Assembly: GCF_030684315.1 (NCBI RefSeq)
Contig: NC_081363.1
Span: 39,354,200 to 39,418,199 of the forward strand
From: Stegostoma tigrinum
Taxonomy: Eukaryota
DNA: 64,000 nucleotides
Direction: 5' to 3'
Made by a program: the position numbers and the translations under genes
Shown: positions 10,165 to 23,585 of the stretch, piece by piece
How the letters are laid out: every line of letters starts with the position of its first letter
Position numbering within the stretch: position 1 is the stretch's first letter
Notes under the pieces: model-generated
What the model was told of the DNA's origin: nothing
The model's database searches: none
What the model saw: the letters and a program-made list of their open reading frames with translations, nothing else

Positions 10165-11545
10165 TAACTGCTGTCCATTTCAAGCCCACCGACTCACACA
10201 GCTACCTAGAATACACCTCCTCCCACCCACCCTCCTGCAAAAATTCCATCCCCTATTCCCAATTCCTCCGCCTCCGCCGCATCTGCTCCCACGATAAGAC
10301 ATTCCACTCCCGCACATCCCAGATGTCCAAGTTCTTTAAGGACCGCAACTTTCCGCCCACAGTGATCGAGAACGCCCTTGACCGCGTCTCCCGTATTTCC
10401 CGCAACACATCCTTCACACCCCGCCCCCGCCACAACCGCCCTAAGAGGATCCCCCTCGTTCTCACACACCACCCTACCAACCTCCGGATACAACGCATCA
10501 TCCTCCGACACTTCCGCCATTTACAATCCGACCCCACCACCCAAGACATTTTTCCATCCCCTCCCCGTCTGCTTTCCGGAGAGACCACTCTCTCCGTGAC
10601 TCCATTGTTCGCTCCACACTGCCCTCCAACCCCACCACACCCGGCACCTTCCCCTGCAACCGCAGGAAATGCTACACTTGTCCCCACACCTCCTCCCTCA
10701 CCCCTATCCCAGGCCCCAAGATGACATTCCACATTAAGCAGAGGTTCACCTGCGCATCTGCCAATGTGGTATACTGCATCCATTGTACCTGGTGCGGCTT
10801 CCTCTACATTGGGGAAACCAAGCGGAGGCTTGGAGACCGCTTTGCAGAACACCTCCGCTCAGTTCGCAACAAACAACTGCACCTCCCAGTCGCAAACCAT
10901 TTCCACTCCCCCTCCCATTCTCTAGATGACATGTCCACCATGGGCCTCCTGCACTGCCACAATGATGCCACCCGAAGGTTGCAGGAACAGCAACTCATAT
11001 TCCGCCTGGGAACCCTGCAGCCATATGGTATCAATGTGGACTTCACCAGTTTCAAAATCTCCCCTTCCCCTACTGCATCCCTAAACCAGCCTAGTTCGTC
11101 CCCTCCCACCACCACACCACACAACCAGCCCAGCTCTTCCCCCCCATCCACTGCATCCCAAAACCAGTCCAACCTGTCTCTGCCTCCCTAACCGGTTCTT
11201 CCTCTCACCCATCCCTTCCTCCCACACCAAGCCGCACCCCCAGCTACCTACTAACCTCATCCCACCTCCTTGACCTGTCCGTCTTCCCTGGACTGACCTA
11301 TCCCCTCCCTACCTCCCCACCTATACTCTCTCCACCTATCTTCTTTACTCTCCATCTTCGGTCCGCCTCCCCCTCTCTCCCTATTTATTCCAGCTCCCTC
11401 TCCCCATCCCCCTCTCTGATGAAGGGTCTAGGCCCAAAACGTCAGCTTTTGTGCTCCTGAGATGCTGCTTGGCCTGCTGTGTTCAACCAGCCTCTCATTT
11501 TATTATCTTGGAATTTTCCAGCATCTGCAGTTCCCATTATCTCTC
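10165..11545 (+). mobile_element. 5'-truncated PLE (RT C-terminus, GIY-YIG and 3' terminus)
   Basis: KPTDSHSYLEYTSSHPPSCKNSIPYSQFLRLRRICS (PLE RT thumb) and NVVYCIHCTWCGFLYIGETKRRLGDRFAEH (GIY-YIG). TSD CCCTTCACCACC at 10153-10164 and 11546-11557. The hammerhead at 11416-11443 has GAAA changed to AAAA. Confidence 0.93.
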
Positions 11546-12529
11546 CCCTTCACCACCACCCTCTCTTTCTGTGAAGTCAATTTTGTACACAGTTGGCAAG
11601 CTCTCCCTGATTCCCATGTGATCTTACTTTATGATTGAGTCTACCATAGGCAATCTTGTCAAAGGCTTTACTAAAGTCCAAGTAAACAATGTCTACAGTT
11701 ATGCCCTCATCAGTCTTCTTGGTTTCTTCCTCAAAAAACTCAATCAAGTTTGTGAGACACGATTTCCCTCACACAAAACCATCGTCACTATCCCTAATCA
11801 ATCCTTACCTCTCCACATGCATATAAATCCTATCCTTCAGAATCACCTCCAACAACTTTCCCACCACCGAAATCAGACTCACAGGTCTATAGCGCATAGG
11901 CTTCTCCTTACATTCCTTCTTAACAAAGGCACGAGATTAGCAACCTCAAGTCATTCAACACCTCAGTTGTCGTTGTAGATGACACAAGTATTTCTGCAAG
12001 GGGCCCTCAACTTCTTCCCTAATTTCCCAAAATCTACTGGGATATGCCAGATCAGGTCCCACAGATTTATCCACCTTTATATTTTCTAAGACTTCCAGCA
12101 CTTCCTCTTGTATAATATGAGCGGTTTTCAAAACATTAATATTTGTTTCCTTGAGTTCTCTATTCTCCATTTCTTTTTCCACAGTAAAAACTGATGCAAA
12201 ATATTCATTTAATATCTTTCACATATATATATCGGCCAAGGCTATCTCATATCCTTTCTTTGCCTTCCTGAAATCCCTCTTAAGAATGCTTCTACACTCT
12301 TTATACTGTTAATGAAATTAATTTGAACCCAGTTGCCTATATCTAATATATGATTCATTTTTATTCTTGCCTACAGCCTCAATATCTTTTTTCTTCCATT
12401 GTTCCCTAATTTGACCAACTTTACCTTTCACTCTAATTGGAATGTATTGAGTCTGAACTCCATTTTCACACCTTTGAAAGCCTCCCACTTATCAGAAATC
12501 CCTTTACCTGTGATGGTCTGCCTCTGCTC

Positions 12530-13150
12530 CAATTTCTTGTGTTTGGATGAATCATGAGCAGCAAAGTCACTAATGATGTCATCAAAAAATATGCTATGAA
12601 GTTTATCATTCTCTGAGCACATAATACTTAGTGCAGACAGCTTTTCTTGAGGCATTGTTGTCTGTAGTTGGTGGACTTAAGTTACAAAAACTACTATTCT
12701 TCTGAGCACTTTGTCATCATTAGACTCAAAATGAGCTTCAATATTACTTTCACATTATTGATTCGTATCTTGTGTGATAACCCGATACAGATCTTGATAA
12801 CTGTCCTTGATTTAAATCATTTTCCTTGACATTAGCTTGGAAGTGCTTTATTTCTCCAATGAGGATAGCATCAACAGCATCAACAGCATCAGGATAATTT
12901 TTCAACAGAAGATTTATACTTTCATGTAACTGTTTTACCAAGGCATCTTTACTGAAAATTTAATAAAATTGTAACATTTTCACATTATCACTCATTCTTC
13001 TTGCTGATTTCATTTCAAAAATAAACAATTTCACTCTAAATTTGTCTCTTACAGAAAGGATGCCATCAGCACAAAGCAAATTTACAGATTTGATAGGGAA
13101 GGAGTTTCTTCAGATCTTCAAGTAACTGTAAAGTAACAATGTTGGGAATT
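12530..13150 (-). mobile_element. Decayed hAT-superfamily transposase remnant (C-terminal dimerization region, ZMYM1-like)
   Basis: TMPQEKLSALSIMCSENDKLHSIFFDDIISDFA resembles the hAT C-terminal M.QERL..L.....IE......D.D.II..FA motif. Upstream pieces LLKNYPD...LIGEIKHF and RDKFRV are frameshifted. Confidence 0.7.
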
Positions 13151-13164
13151 GGTGTGTTTTGTTT

Positions 13165-14325
13165 TACAAAGAACAAAGAACAAGGAAAATTACAGCACAG
13201 GAACAGGCGCTTTGGCCCTCCAAGCTTGCACTGATCCAGATCTTCTATTTAAATCTGTTGCCTATTTTCCAAGGATCTGTATCCCTCTGCTTCCTGTCCA
13301 TTAACGTATCTGTCTAGATACATCTTAAATGATGCTATTGTGCCTGCCGCTACCACCTCCGCTGGCAATGCATTCCAGGTACCCACTGCCCTCTGCGTAA
13401 AGAACTTTCCACTCATATCACACTTAAACTTTTTCCCTCTCACCTTGAAATCATGACCCCTAGTAATTAAGTCCCCCACTCTGGGAAAAAGCTTCTTGCT
13501 ATCCATCCTGTCTATACCTCTCATGATTTTGTAGACCTCAATCAGATCCACCCTCAACCACCGTCTTTCTAATGTAAATAATCCTAATCTACTCAACCTC
13601 ACTTCATAGCTAGCACCCTCCATTCCAGGCAACATCCTGGTGAACCTCCTCTGCACCCTCTACAAAGCATCCACATCCTTTTGGTAATGTGGCGACCAGA
13701 ACTGTATGTAGTATTCCAAATGTGGTCGAACCAAAGTCTTATACAACTGTAACATGGCCTGCCAACTCTTGTACTCAATACCCCATCTGATGAATGAAAG
13801 CTTGACCACTCTATCCACCTGCGTTGCCACCTTTAGGGTACTATGGACTTGAACACCCAGATCTCTCTGTACATTAATTTTCCCCAGGGCTTTCCATTTA
13901 CCACGTAGTTCGCCCTTAAATTGGATCTTCAAAAACGCACCACCTCGCATTTGCCTGGTTTGAACTCCATTTGCCATTTCTCTGTCCAACTCTCCAATCT
14001 ATCTATATTCTACTACATTCTCCAACAGTCCCCTTCACTATCTGTTACTCCACCAACCTTAGCGTCATCTGCAATCTTGCTATTCATACCATCTATACTT
14101 TTCTCCAGATCATTTATGTAGATCATAAACAACAGTGGTCCCAACACAGATCCCTGTGGAACACCACTGGTCACAGTTCTCCATTTTGAGAAACTCTCTT
14201 CCACTACAACTCTCTGTCTCCTGTTACATAGCCAGTTTTCTAAACATTTAGCTAGTATACGCTGGACCCCATGCGACTTCACTTGCTCCATCAGCCTACC
14301 CTGGGGAACCTTATCAAACATGTTT
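13165..14325 (-). mobile_element. CR1-type LINE, RT to 3' tail
   Basis: FDKVPQGRL...SGVPQGSVLGPLLFMIYINDL...ADD...LVRPHLEY...QRRFTRMLPG...RRWLRVDLIEVYKIM, with an (ACAAAGA)n tail at ~13165-13185. Confidence 0.93.
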
Positions 14326-14477
14326 TTATATCTTTCAAGCTGCATTATGTAGATAGCATGCTTTATTATATGTTTACTTATTTTGTCATAACTTCAGTTT
14401 CATTTTTAAAACAAAGTAAGTACTTAAGTTTCAGCACAAACTATTATGAGAAATTATAAAACACAGAAGCGAAAGAC

Positions 14478-17400
14478 CATAAGAATTAGGAGCAGAAATT
14501 AGGCCATTTGGTTCATTGGGTCTTCTCTGCTTTCAGTTGTGGTTGATAAGTTTCTCAACCCTATTCTCCTGCTTTCTCCCTGTAACCTTTGATCCCCTTG
14601 ACAATCAAGAACCTACCCATCTCTGTCTTAAATATCAGGCAAGATTTCATTCTGGGATCTGACTTATCCATTAGTAACAAAGCTGAAATCATAACAAATT
14701 CCAATCATAATAAAAAATAGCGTACCATTAGTTTTCTTTATTACACTCTATACCATCATACAAATATTTTGTGATTCATGCACCAGAACACCTAAACCCT
14801 GCAGCTCAGAATTCTGCACTTGTTCTCCATTTAAGTAGTGCTCTGCTTTTCCATTCTTATCACCAAAGTGAACAACTTCACATTTATCCAAATTTATTCT
14901 CCGTGTGCCAGATTTTTTCCCACCCACTCAATCTATCCATACTCATCTGCAACTTCCTAATGCCTTCTTCTCTGATGCTGCCTGGCCCCCTGTGCTCCTC
15001 CAGCTCCAATCTGTGTTATCTCTACTTTTATACTCCATTGCCTTTGAAATAAAGACCACCATTCCATTTGTCTTCTTTATTACCCGCTGAACTTGGATGC
15101 TAGCTTTATGTGTCTTATGGATGAGGATGTTTTATTCTATTCTATGGCTTTCTGTAGTCTTCCTTCATTTAAATAATAATAAATCCACTTAAATTTTCTG
15201 CATCCCTCTGCAAAGTCTTTGTGTCATGCTCACCATTTGCCTTCCCATCTACTTTTGTATCATCCACAAACTTAGCTATAGTACATTCATTTTTTTTCAT
15301 CCAAATCATCAGGATATATTGCCAGTAATCATAAACCCAATACTAACCCTGATTGCACACTACTAATCACAGGTTGACATCCTGATCCTTTGGTCAACTC
15401 CTGTCATCTATTAATCAGCCAACTTTCTATTCATGCTAATATACTGCTGTGAACTCTTGTTAGTGGACTGATGTGTGGTATCTCATCAAATGCTTCCTGA
15501 AATCCAAATACTGTACAAAAACTGCTTCTTGTTTATCTGCCCAGCTTGAGACCACACCAAATAATTCAATTCAATTTGTCAATTTCTCCTTTGTGAAGCC
15601 ATACTGACTCTGCTCATATTATGTATCCCTAAATGCTTTGCTGCTACATCCTTTATAATAGAGACACTAATATTTTTCCAGTAGTAGACATTAAGCTAAC
15701 CAGCCCATGTTTCCTGTTTTTTTGTCTCCTTCCCTTTTTACATAAAGTTATTACATGAGCAGTTTTCAATTCCTTTAAGACTTTTCGAAAATCTAAATTT
15801 ACAAAGCCATGTTGAGGTTTTACGGGACATTAGTGAGGCCTCTTCTGGAATACTGTGTCCAATTATAGGAAGGATATTACTAAGCAGGAGTGGGTTCAGA
15901 AGAAATTTACCAGGATGTTGCCAGGAAGGTATAAGTTATAAACAAAGGCTGGGTAGACTGGGACTATGTCCACTGGTGCGTAGGAGATTGAGAGGTGACC
16001 TTAAAGAAGTTTATAAAATCATGAGGAGTACAGATAGGGTTAATGGTAGGTGTCTTCTCCCTAGGACAGGGGATTTCAAAACTAGGGGGCACATTTTTAA
16101 GATGAGAGGAGAGAGATTTAAAAAAGATGTGGGAGTAATTTTTTTACACAGAGTTGTTCGTGCATGGAATGAACTTCCTGAGCAAATGGTGGATGTAGGC
16201 ACAATTACACCATTTAAAAGAAACTTTGGTGAGTACATGATGAATAGGAACAATTTGGAGGGATATGGGCCAAGAGCAGGCAGATGGAACTAGATTAGTT
16301 TGGGTGAATGTCAGCATGGGCTGGTTGGACCAAAGTGTCTGCTTTTGTGCTGCATGACTCTACGATTCCTGAAAGATTGTAGTGCACCCACTATCTTTGT
16401 AACAACTTCCTTCAATATCCCATGCTGCATTCCATCAGGTCTAGGGGACCTATTAGTTTTCAGCTCTTGCACATTTTTCTCTAGTGATAGTTATTGTGTT
16501 TCTTCCCTCGCCTCCATTTACCCCTTGATTATTTCATAATTTTGAAATATTATTAACGACTTCTACTGTGAAGAGTAATGCAAAGTATTTATTCAACTCC
16601 TCTGCCATTTCCTGTTTCCACATTATTAATTCTCCAGCCTCCTTCTCTAAGGGGTTTATGTTTGACTTTGATTTAAATATACATTTGTACATATTTAAAT
16701 TCCTATACATTGAAGGAAGTTCTTGCATCCATCTTAATATTACTAACAAGTTTACTCTCAAATGAGAGCTTACTCTCAGGGTTCTTCCATTTGTTTGGAT
16801 GTCTTCTGTTGATTCTTAGAACTTTTCCAGTCTTCTGGATTACAACTAACCTTTGTCATGTGCACTTTTTTCTTTCAATGTGATGCTATCCTTAACTTTC
16901 CCAGATAACTGTGGTTGAGTTCTCCCCTTCCTAGATTCCTTCTTCCTCACTAGAATATATCTTTGCCATGAGCCATGAGCTATTTTCTTCAACATCTACA
17001 TTGTTTCTCAACTGTCTTTGCTGCCAAATTCCTTTCTGTGTCTTCTCCAGCCAGGCTCTGCACTCATTTCTTTGTAATTGTCCTTGTTTCAGCTTAGCAC
17101 ATTTGCTCCTGACCTAAATTCCTTCCTCCAAAAGAATGCTAAATTCTAATATATTACCGTCACAGTTTCCAAGGGCATCTTTTACTCTGACATCATTTAT
17201 TAAACAAGCTGCATTACACATCACCAGAAACAAAATAGCCTGGTCCCTGATTGGATCCAAAAAAATACTGCTCTGGAAAACTGTCCCAAATACACTGAAT
17301 GAATTCTTCCTAATGGCTACCTCTGCCGATCTATTTCAATCTACATGAAGATTACAGTTACCCATGATTGAGGTACTGCCTTTGTTACAAACCCTCAATG

Positions 17401-18860
17401 TCTTCTGATTTATTCTTTGTCCCAATACATAGCTACTGTTAGGAAGCTATATACTATTGCTACCAATATCATCTTTCTCTTTTTCTTTCTTTCCTCCACC
17501 CATACGGATTATGTATTTTCTTATTCAATATCATTTCTTGCTACTTATTCCATCCTGCACCAACATTTCTCCACCACCATCCCCACCTTCCGGTCTGTCC
17601 TTTCTGAAAGACACATACCTTGAATATTTAGTTCCCTGATTTGTAACCTTGTCACCATGTTGTAATCTATGGCTATAAGATAATACCTGTATATATGCCA
17701 TTAATTCATTTATTTTGTTTTGTCTATAATGTGCAATTCCTGACTTTAGGGAGTTTTGAAAAATCGACACCAGTGCATCTATTAGCTCATCAGCAACTTC
17801 TTTTAAAACTCAAGGATGAAAGTTCTTAGGACCCAAAGATTTGGCAGCCCCCAAAATTAGTTTCATTATTCATTTTAGCATCACTTCCCTCATGATTGTA
17901 ATTTCACTAATTTCCTCTCTCTTTCTTTGACCTTGCAATTTACAGCTATTACTGCCATGAGTTTTTTGTATCCTCCATAATGGAGATAGACAAAGTATGT
18001 GTTCATGTCATCTAGCATTTCCCTCTTACTTACTATTACCCCGCTATTCTCACTCTCAAAAAGACTAACCCTCAAGTTATTTTCTCTTTTCTTTTGAAAT
18101 ATCTATAAAAACTTCAGTTGTCTGTTCTTATATAAAGAGCTACCTTCCTCTAGTTCTCTAATTTCTTCCTCCTGATTGACCTTTCTCTTATTCTCTGCTG
18201 TTTATTATATTCTGTCCAATTATCTGAGCTGTCACTCATCTTTGTGCAATTATACGTTTTTTAATTTAAGTTTGATGCTTTGCCCAACTTCTTTAGTTAA
18301 CCTCAAGTTGTGAATCCTTCCTTTAGAATTTTTCCCTAGTTGTTTTGAGTATTCTGAAGTATCTTCTTACATTTCTACCACTGTGTTTCTGTTGATCTAT
18401 TCCTTATTTGAGTTCACTTAAGCTAGCTCATCTCTCATACAAACATGATTGTTCTCATTTAGATTTAAAATACTAGTCTTATTATCAGTCTTCCCCTTTC
18501 AAACTAGCTTATAAAATTCAATCATTTTCTATTTGCTGCTACCTGGGAGTGCAAGTCAAATATAACCTGATGTCTGGTTCCAGATTGTGCTGCTTGAAGA
18601 AACTATCACAAAAGCACTCTATGAACTCTTCATCCAGGCTCCTCCTATCAAACTGATTTCTCAACTCTATACATAAATGAAAGTCACCCATGGTTATCAC
18701 CACCACTTTAGCACATATTTCTTCTTGAATACTTATTTCCAGATTGTGGTCATTGTTAGTGAGCCTTTAGACCATGAGCACCAGTGACTTAATTTCTGTC
18801 ATGTCCATTCAAAATGATTCTGCGTCCTGATTTCCTGAGCCGAGGTATTCTCTAACTCTT
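14478..18860 (-). mobile_element. Old fragmented CR1 LINE(s) (3' tail, RT and endonuclease regions) with nested insertions
   Basis: MAEELNKYFALLFTVE, FRKDRPEGGDGGGEMLV and DDMNTYFV motifs. There is a PLE-end fragment at ~14965-15022 and a plus-strand CR1 inside. Confidence 0.65.
15800..16362 (+). mobile_element. CR1 3' end nested in an older CR1
   Basis: RRRLRGDLKEVYKIMR...KTRGHIFK.RGERFK...VVRAWNELPE. Confidence 0.88.
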
Positions 18861-18924
18861 GCTCAAGGTTCAGAGGAGATGTGAAGAAAAATCTTTTCAC
18901 ACAGAGGGCAGTGGGAATCTCATA

Positions 18925-19810
18925 GACGCACAGAGTCATACAGCATAGAAACAGGCTCTTCAGTTCATCATGTCTATGCTGACCAACAAACACCAACCTA
19001 CACTAATTCCATTTACCTGCTCTTGCTCCATAGACTACTATACCCTGGTATTTTAAGTGCTCATCCAGAGGTTCTTAAATCTTGCTGGAGTATCTGCCTC
19101 CACCACCCTCTTAGGCAACATATGCCATATTTCTATCGACCTCTGGGTGAAAAGCGTCTTTTTCAGATCTCCTCTAAACCACATGCTCCTCACCTTAAGC
19201 TTGTGCTTTCTAATCTTATTTTTTCACTTTCATTTTCTTTATTCATTCGCAGGATGGGGGCATTGCTGGCTGGGCAACATTTATTACCCATCCCTAGTTG
19301 CCCAGAGGGCATTTAAGAGTCAACCACATTGTTGTGGGACTGGAGTCACATGTAGGCCAGACCAGGTAAGGATGGTAGTTTCCTTCCCTAAAGGACATTA
19401 GTGAACCAGATGGGCTTTTCTGGCAATCGACAATGGATTCATGGTCATTATTAGGCTGTTAATTCCAGGTATTTAATGAATTCAAATTCCACCATCCGCC
19501 ATGGCAGGATTCAAACCCAGGTCCCCAGGGCACTATCTGGATCTCTGGATTAACAGCCCAACAATAATACCACTAGGACATTGCCTCCGCCACATCTGCC
19601 ACGGGGAAATATTCCCACGATCTGCTCTGTCTATTCCTCTCACAATTTTGTATACTTCAATCAAAGGAACCCCACAGACTCCTCTGCTCCAAGGAAAACA
19701 AATCCAGCCTAGCCAGTCGCTTCCCATAACTGTAACTTTTCATCCCAGGCAACATTCTGGCAAATTTCCTCTGCACCCTCTCAGTACAATCACATCCTTC
19801 CAAAAGTGTG
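18925..19810 (-). mobile_element. CR1 3' end split by a Deu-SINE
   Basis: Tail CAGAGTCATACAGCATAGAAACAGGC at ~18930, with LIEVYKIVRGIDRADRG after the SINE. Confidence 0.75.
19235..19590 (-). mobile_element. Deu-domain tRNA-SINE (SacSINE1-like)
   Basis: Core GGAGTCACATGTAGGCCAGACCAGGTAAGGATGG...CCTTCCCTAAAGGACATTAGTGAACCAGATGG. B-box GGGTTTGAATCC on the minus strand. Confidence 0.8.
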
Positions 19811-20179
19811 GAACCCATTGGATCTGGAACTTACTGTCTGTAAGACAGTCTGTAAGAGTAATCAAGACAGAAACCTCATAACATTTATGAAGTATTTACC
19901 TGAGCACTTGCAATGAAAAGGCAATCACGGCCATGCGCCAAGTGCTGGAAAATGGGATTAGGTGGTTGTTTTTGACAGGTGCTGACGCAATTTGCTGAAG
20001 GGCTTTTTTCTGTACCATAGATCTCTGTCATTTTATTACTCCAAATGCTGCCCTTGAATACAGAGCATCTAATTCACCATACCTAGCTTTTAATTTTTCT
20101 CAAATGTCATACACCCCTCAATATTCGTGTTCCAATCCTTATCATATTACAGCAATGTCTCTGTTGTGGCTATCAGATC

Positions 20180-21290
20180 ACATTTATTCACTTTATCTAA
20201 GCAAAGATGTTCCGGCATTGGAGGGAACCCAGAGAAGGTTCACTAGGTTGTGCCTGGGTATGGACGGATTTTTATTTTGGAGAGCCTGAGTAGGTTGGGT
20301 TAGTATGCATTTGAGCTTAGAAGCAGGAGGCCTGATTGAAAAAGCAAGATATGTAGGAGCTTGATGAAGTAGATGTGGAGAAGTTGTTTCCTTTTGTGGA
20401 AAAATCTAGGGCAAAAGGCCAAATCCCAGATTTAGGGGGAGCCCAGTTAAGACAGAGTTGACGAGGAATTTCTTCTTTCACCGGGTGTTGAATCTGTGAA
20501 GTTCTGAATCTGTGAACAGAGGGTTGTCAAGATTAAGATATTGAGTATATTCAAGCTTGAGATAAACAGATTTTAAATGGTAAGGGAATCAGGTTTTGTG
20601 AAAAGTGGAATTGAGGATTTTGGGGCACTGTGTACCATTCTGGTCAAATTGCTATAATGAAATTGGAAAGGGTTCAGAAAAGATTCAGAGAAGAAAAGAC
20701 CTTGCTGGGACTGGAGGGTTCGAATTATAGGGAGAGGCTGAATAGGCTGGGAATTTTTTTCACTGGAGCATAGACAATTGAGGAGTGACCTTATAGAGGT
20801 TTATAAAATCATCAGGGGATGAGATGAATAGCAAAGGTCTTTCCCCTGGTCAGGCAGGGCGTGGAGGGGGGCGAAGGAGAAGAGGGGAGCTCTAAACCAG
20901 GGGGTATATTTTTAAGGTGAGTGGAGAAAGATTTAAAAGCAACCTGAGGAGCAAACTTTTCCGCTCAGAGGATGATTTGTCTGTGGAATGAAATGCCGGA
21001 AGAAGTTGTAGATGCAGATACAGTTACAATTTTTAAGAGATATTTGGAAAAGCACATGAATAGGAAAGGTTTACGGGGATGTGGGGTAAATGCAGGCAGG
21101 TGGAACTAGTTTAGTTTGGGAAACTTGGTCAGAATAGGCAATTTAGACCTAAGGGTCTCTATCCATGATGTATGATTTTGTGACTCAATGACTCTATAAT
21201 CAGATCAGCCTTGATCCCATTGAATAATGGAGCAGACGCATAAAGCTGATTGGCTTATTTCTGCACCTATGTGCTATGGTCTTATGTCTT
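20180..21290 (+). mobile_element. Nested CR1 3' ends (inner copy ~20620-21195)
   Basis: Outer LEGTQRRFTRL...; the inner copy repeats the RFTR/GDLIEVYKI region and ends in a TGACTC tail; the outer tail resumes at ATCAGATCAGCC (~21198). Confidence 0.75.
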
Positions 21291-21579
21291 ATTTACTTCA
21301 ATCTCAAGGGCAACTAGAGATGGGCAATAATTGCTGGTCCAGCCAGCAACACCCACATTCTCTGAATAAATCAAAAAAATCTGTACGATCAATGTGTTTA
21401 CTTTGAAATGCAAAGCAGTTCAGAATAAGATCTTTAGTTTTGTACTTTTGCTGTCTTTGTGACATTGCATCTTTATTGTTGGTATATTCCTAGGATTTCT
21501 TTTATCTATGCCCTTTCCTGCCATTCTCATACATGTGTGTCCCATATTCCTATTTTCCACCCTTATCTTTGTCTTTACA

Positions 21580-22235
21580 GTTTGAAATACCACATCTTTT
21601 CACACTTGACCCCTAGCTACCATAATTAAGGTTGAAACCTTGTTACCTCGCCAATTGTGTAGCTCGCAAGACAATTGGTCCTAACATGGTTCAGGTGTAG
21701 ACTGACCCAATGGTACAGCCCTCACATTCCACAGTACTGGTTCCACCGGCCCATGAATTAGAATCAGTTTTTCCCACACTAGTCTTGAGCCACATACTTG
21801 TCTAATTTTATGTAGCCTATATCAATCTGCAAGTGGTTTGGGAAATAATACAGAATCTATAATTTTGAGGTAATGGGAACTGCGGATGCTGGAGAATCCA
21901 AGATAACAAAGTGTGGGGCTGGATGAACACAGCAGGTCAAGCAGCATCTTAGGAACACAAAAGCTGACGTTTCGGGCCTACTGCTTGGCCTGCTGTGTTC
22001 ATCCAGCCCCACACTTTGCTATCTATAATTTTGAGGTTCTTCTTTTTAATTTTTGCCTAGCTCCTCATACACGCTTTGCAGAACCTCTTTCCAAGCTCTG
22101 CCTATATTGTTGGTACTTACATGGACCACAACCATTGGATCCTGCCCCTTGCACTGCAAGTTCCTTTCCACCCAGCACCTGCTGGGAACATGGCTACTTG
22201 GATACCTGTTCTTTGCTGCAGAGAACAAGGAAGGA
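21580..22235 (-). mobile_element. CR1 ORF1 (SGNH esterase-like) remnant
   Basis: GQDPMVVVHVSTNNIGR...VLQSVYEELG resembles the CR1 ORF1 esterase motif P.VVVH.GTND. Confidence 0.7.
21872..22020. mobile_element. Short fold-back PLE-end element with TSD
   Basis: Arms AAAGTGTGGGGCTGGATGAACACAGCAGG / CCTGCTGTGTTCATCCAGCCCCACACTTT. ATCTATAATTTTGAGGT is duplicated at 21855-21871 and 22021-22037. Confidence 0.88.
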
Positions 22236-22326
22236 AAATGTATAAATTTAAATGCTTCTTCCATTTCGTAAACACTGATCTGCGCAATTGCTCATCTATT
22301 GTAAAAGTTTTCAAATATGATGATGT

Positions 22327-22695
22327 GGGAGGCGATGACCTAGTGGTATTATTGCTGGACTGTTAATCCAGAGACCCAGATAACATTCTGGGGACCTGGG
22401 TTCAAATCCTGCCATGGCAAATGGTGGAATTTGAATTCAACAAAAATGTATGAAATTAAAAATCTAATGATGACCAAGAATCCATTGGTGATTGTCATTA
22501 AAAAAAACCCCACCTGGTTCACTAATGTCCTTTAGGGAAGGAAACTGCCATCCTTACCTGGTCTCAGCTACATGTGGCTCTAATCCCACAGCAATGTGGT
22601 TGACTCTTAACTGCCCTCCAGGAAATTGGGAATGGGCAATAAATTTCTGCCTGGTCAGCAACACCCTCATCCCATTAATGAATAAAAACAAATCA
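22327..22695 (+). mobile_element. Deu-domain tRNA-SINE, near full length
   Basis: A-box-like TGACCTAGTGG, B-box GGTTCAAATCC, Deu core and AATGAATAAAAA tail. Confidence 0.82.
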
Positions 22696-22899
22696 TAAAC
22701 TTCTTTAATTTGAACATATTTCATAAAGCAATACAAACATTCAAGATATATGTTTTAGTTATATTAATTTCATTGTTCAGACTTTGTCTCCATGTGTGTG
22801 AAAATATGAACTGTTTGTATTTCTTTTCTCATTGTCTTTTCTGTTAGAATGATCCACATTTTTCCTGGTAAAGCTGTGGGCTATTTATAGTTAAACATA

Positions 22900-23585
22900 A
22901 CTTAGGGCCTCTGCATGCCATACTGTGCTAACAATGCTGTTCTATTAATTCAAACCAAGGAATACCTCCAACAGCAAATAGACAGATTCCTTCTTGCTTG
23001 GAAAAGGTTTGGTTTGACAATCAGCATCAGGAAAATAAATGCCATGTCTCAGGATTTTGTCATGCCACCATCCAATAGCATTGACAATGTGTTGATGGAG
23101 GATGTTGATAGTTTCATGTGTCCAGGTTCTATATATGCATCGCAAAAAACTGCAGCTATTATAGTCAAGAGGAAGATAGTGTCGAACAACCTGGCTGAGA
23201 ATACGAAGTTGTGAGTCAACCAAGACTGCATTATTGGTGCATACCTGTAGAATTGGGAGATTTGGACAATATGCCTTAAGCAAAAGAAAATACTAAGCAG
23301 TTGTCATCTTCTCTTTTCAGACGTATCCTCTGCATTTCTTGGCAGGACTAGGGGATCAGCTCAGAGGTCTTGAGTATTTTAGTTCCAGCAGTATACACTC
23401 ACGATGTTTGTGCTGGTTTGACCACATTGACCAATTGGATGGCAGATGTATGTATCAAAAGGCCTTCTTTATGGTGAAGAGGTTACTGGGCCATTACTTT
23501 TTGGGCGTCTATGCATCTGCTGCAAGGGCACTTACAAGGAAGATATGAAAATGACAGATATTGATCCTGACAACTGTGACAGAAT
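22900..23585 (+). mobile_element. RTE-clade LINE remnant
   Basis: LQQQIDRFLLAWKRFGLTISIRK..M...VDSF..PGS (post-YADD region typical of RTE), followed by a CWFDHI (W.GH.-type) motif. Confidence 0.7.

Larger units (their letters stand above)
9270..12530 (-). mobile_element. CR1-type LINE (RT and 3' region) interrupted by two PLE insertions
   Basis: ORF pieces GPLLFVIYVNYLDE...LQRNLDQLGQWAEEWQMEFNLDKC, HRRLSGDLVEFYKIM and EVLEVLENIKVDKSVGPD are collinear across the insertions at 9522-9577 and 10165-11545. Confidence 0.88.
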
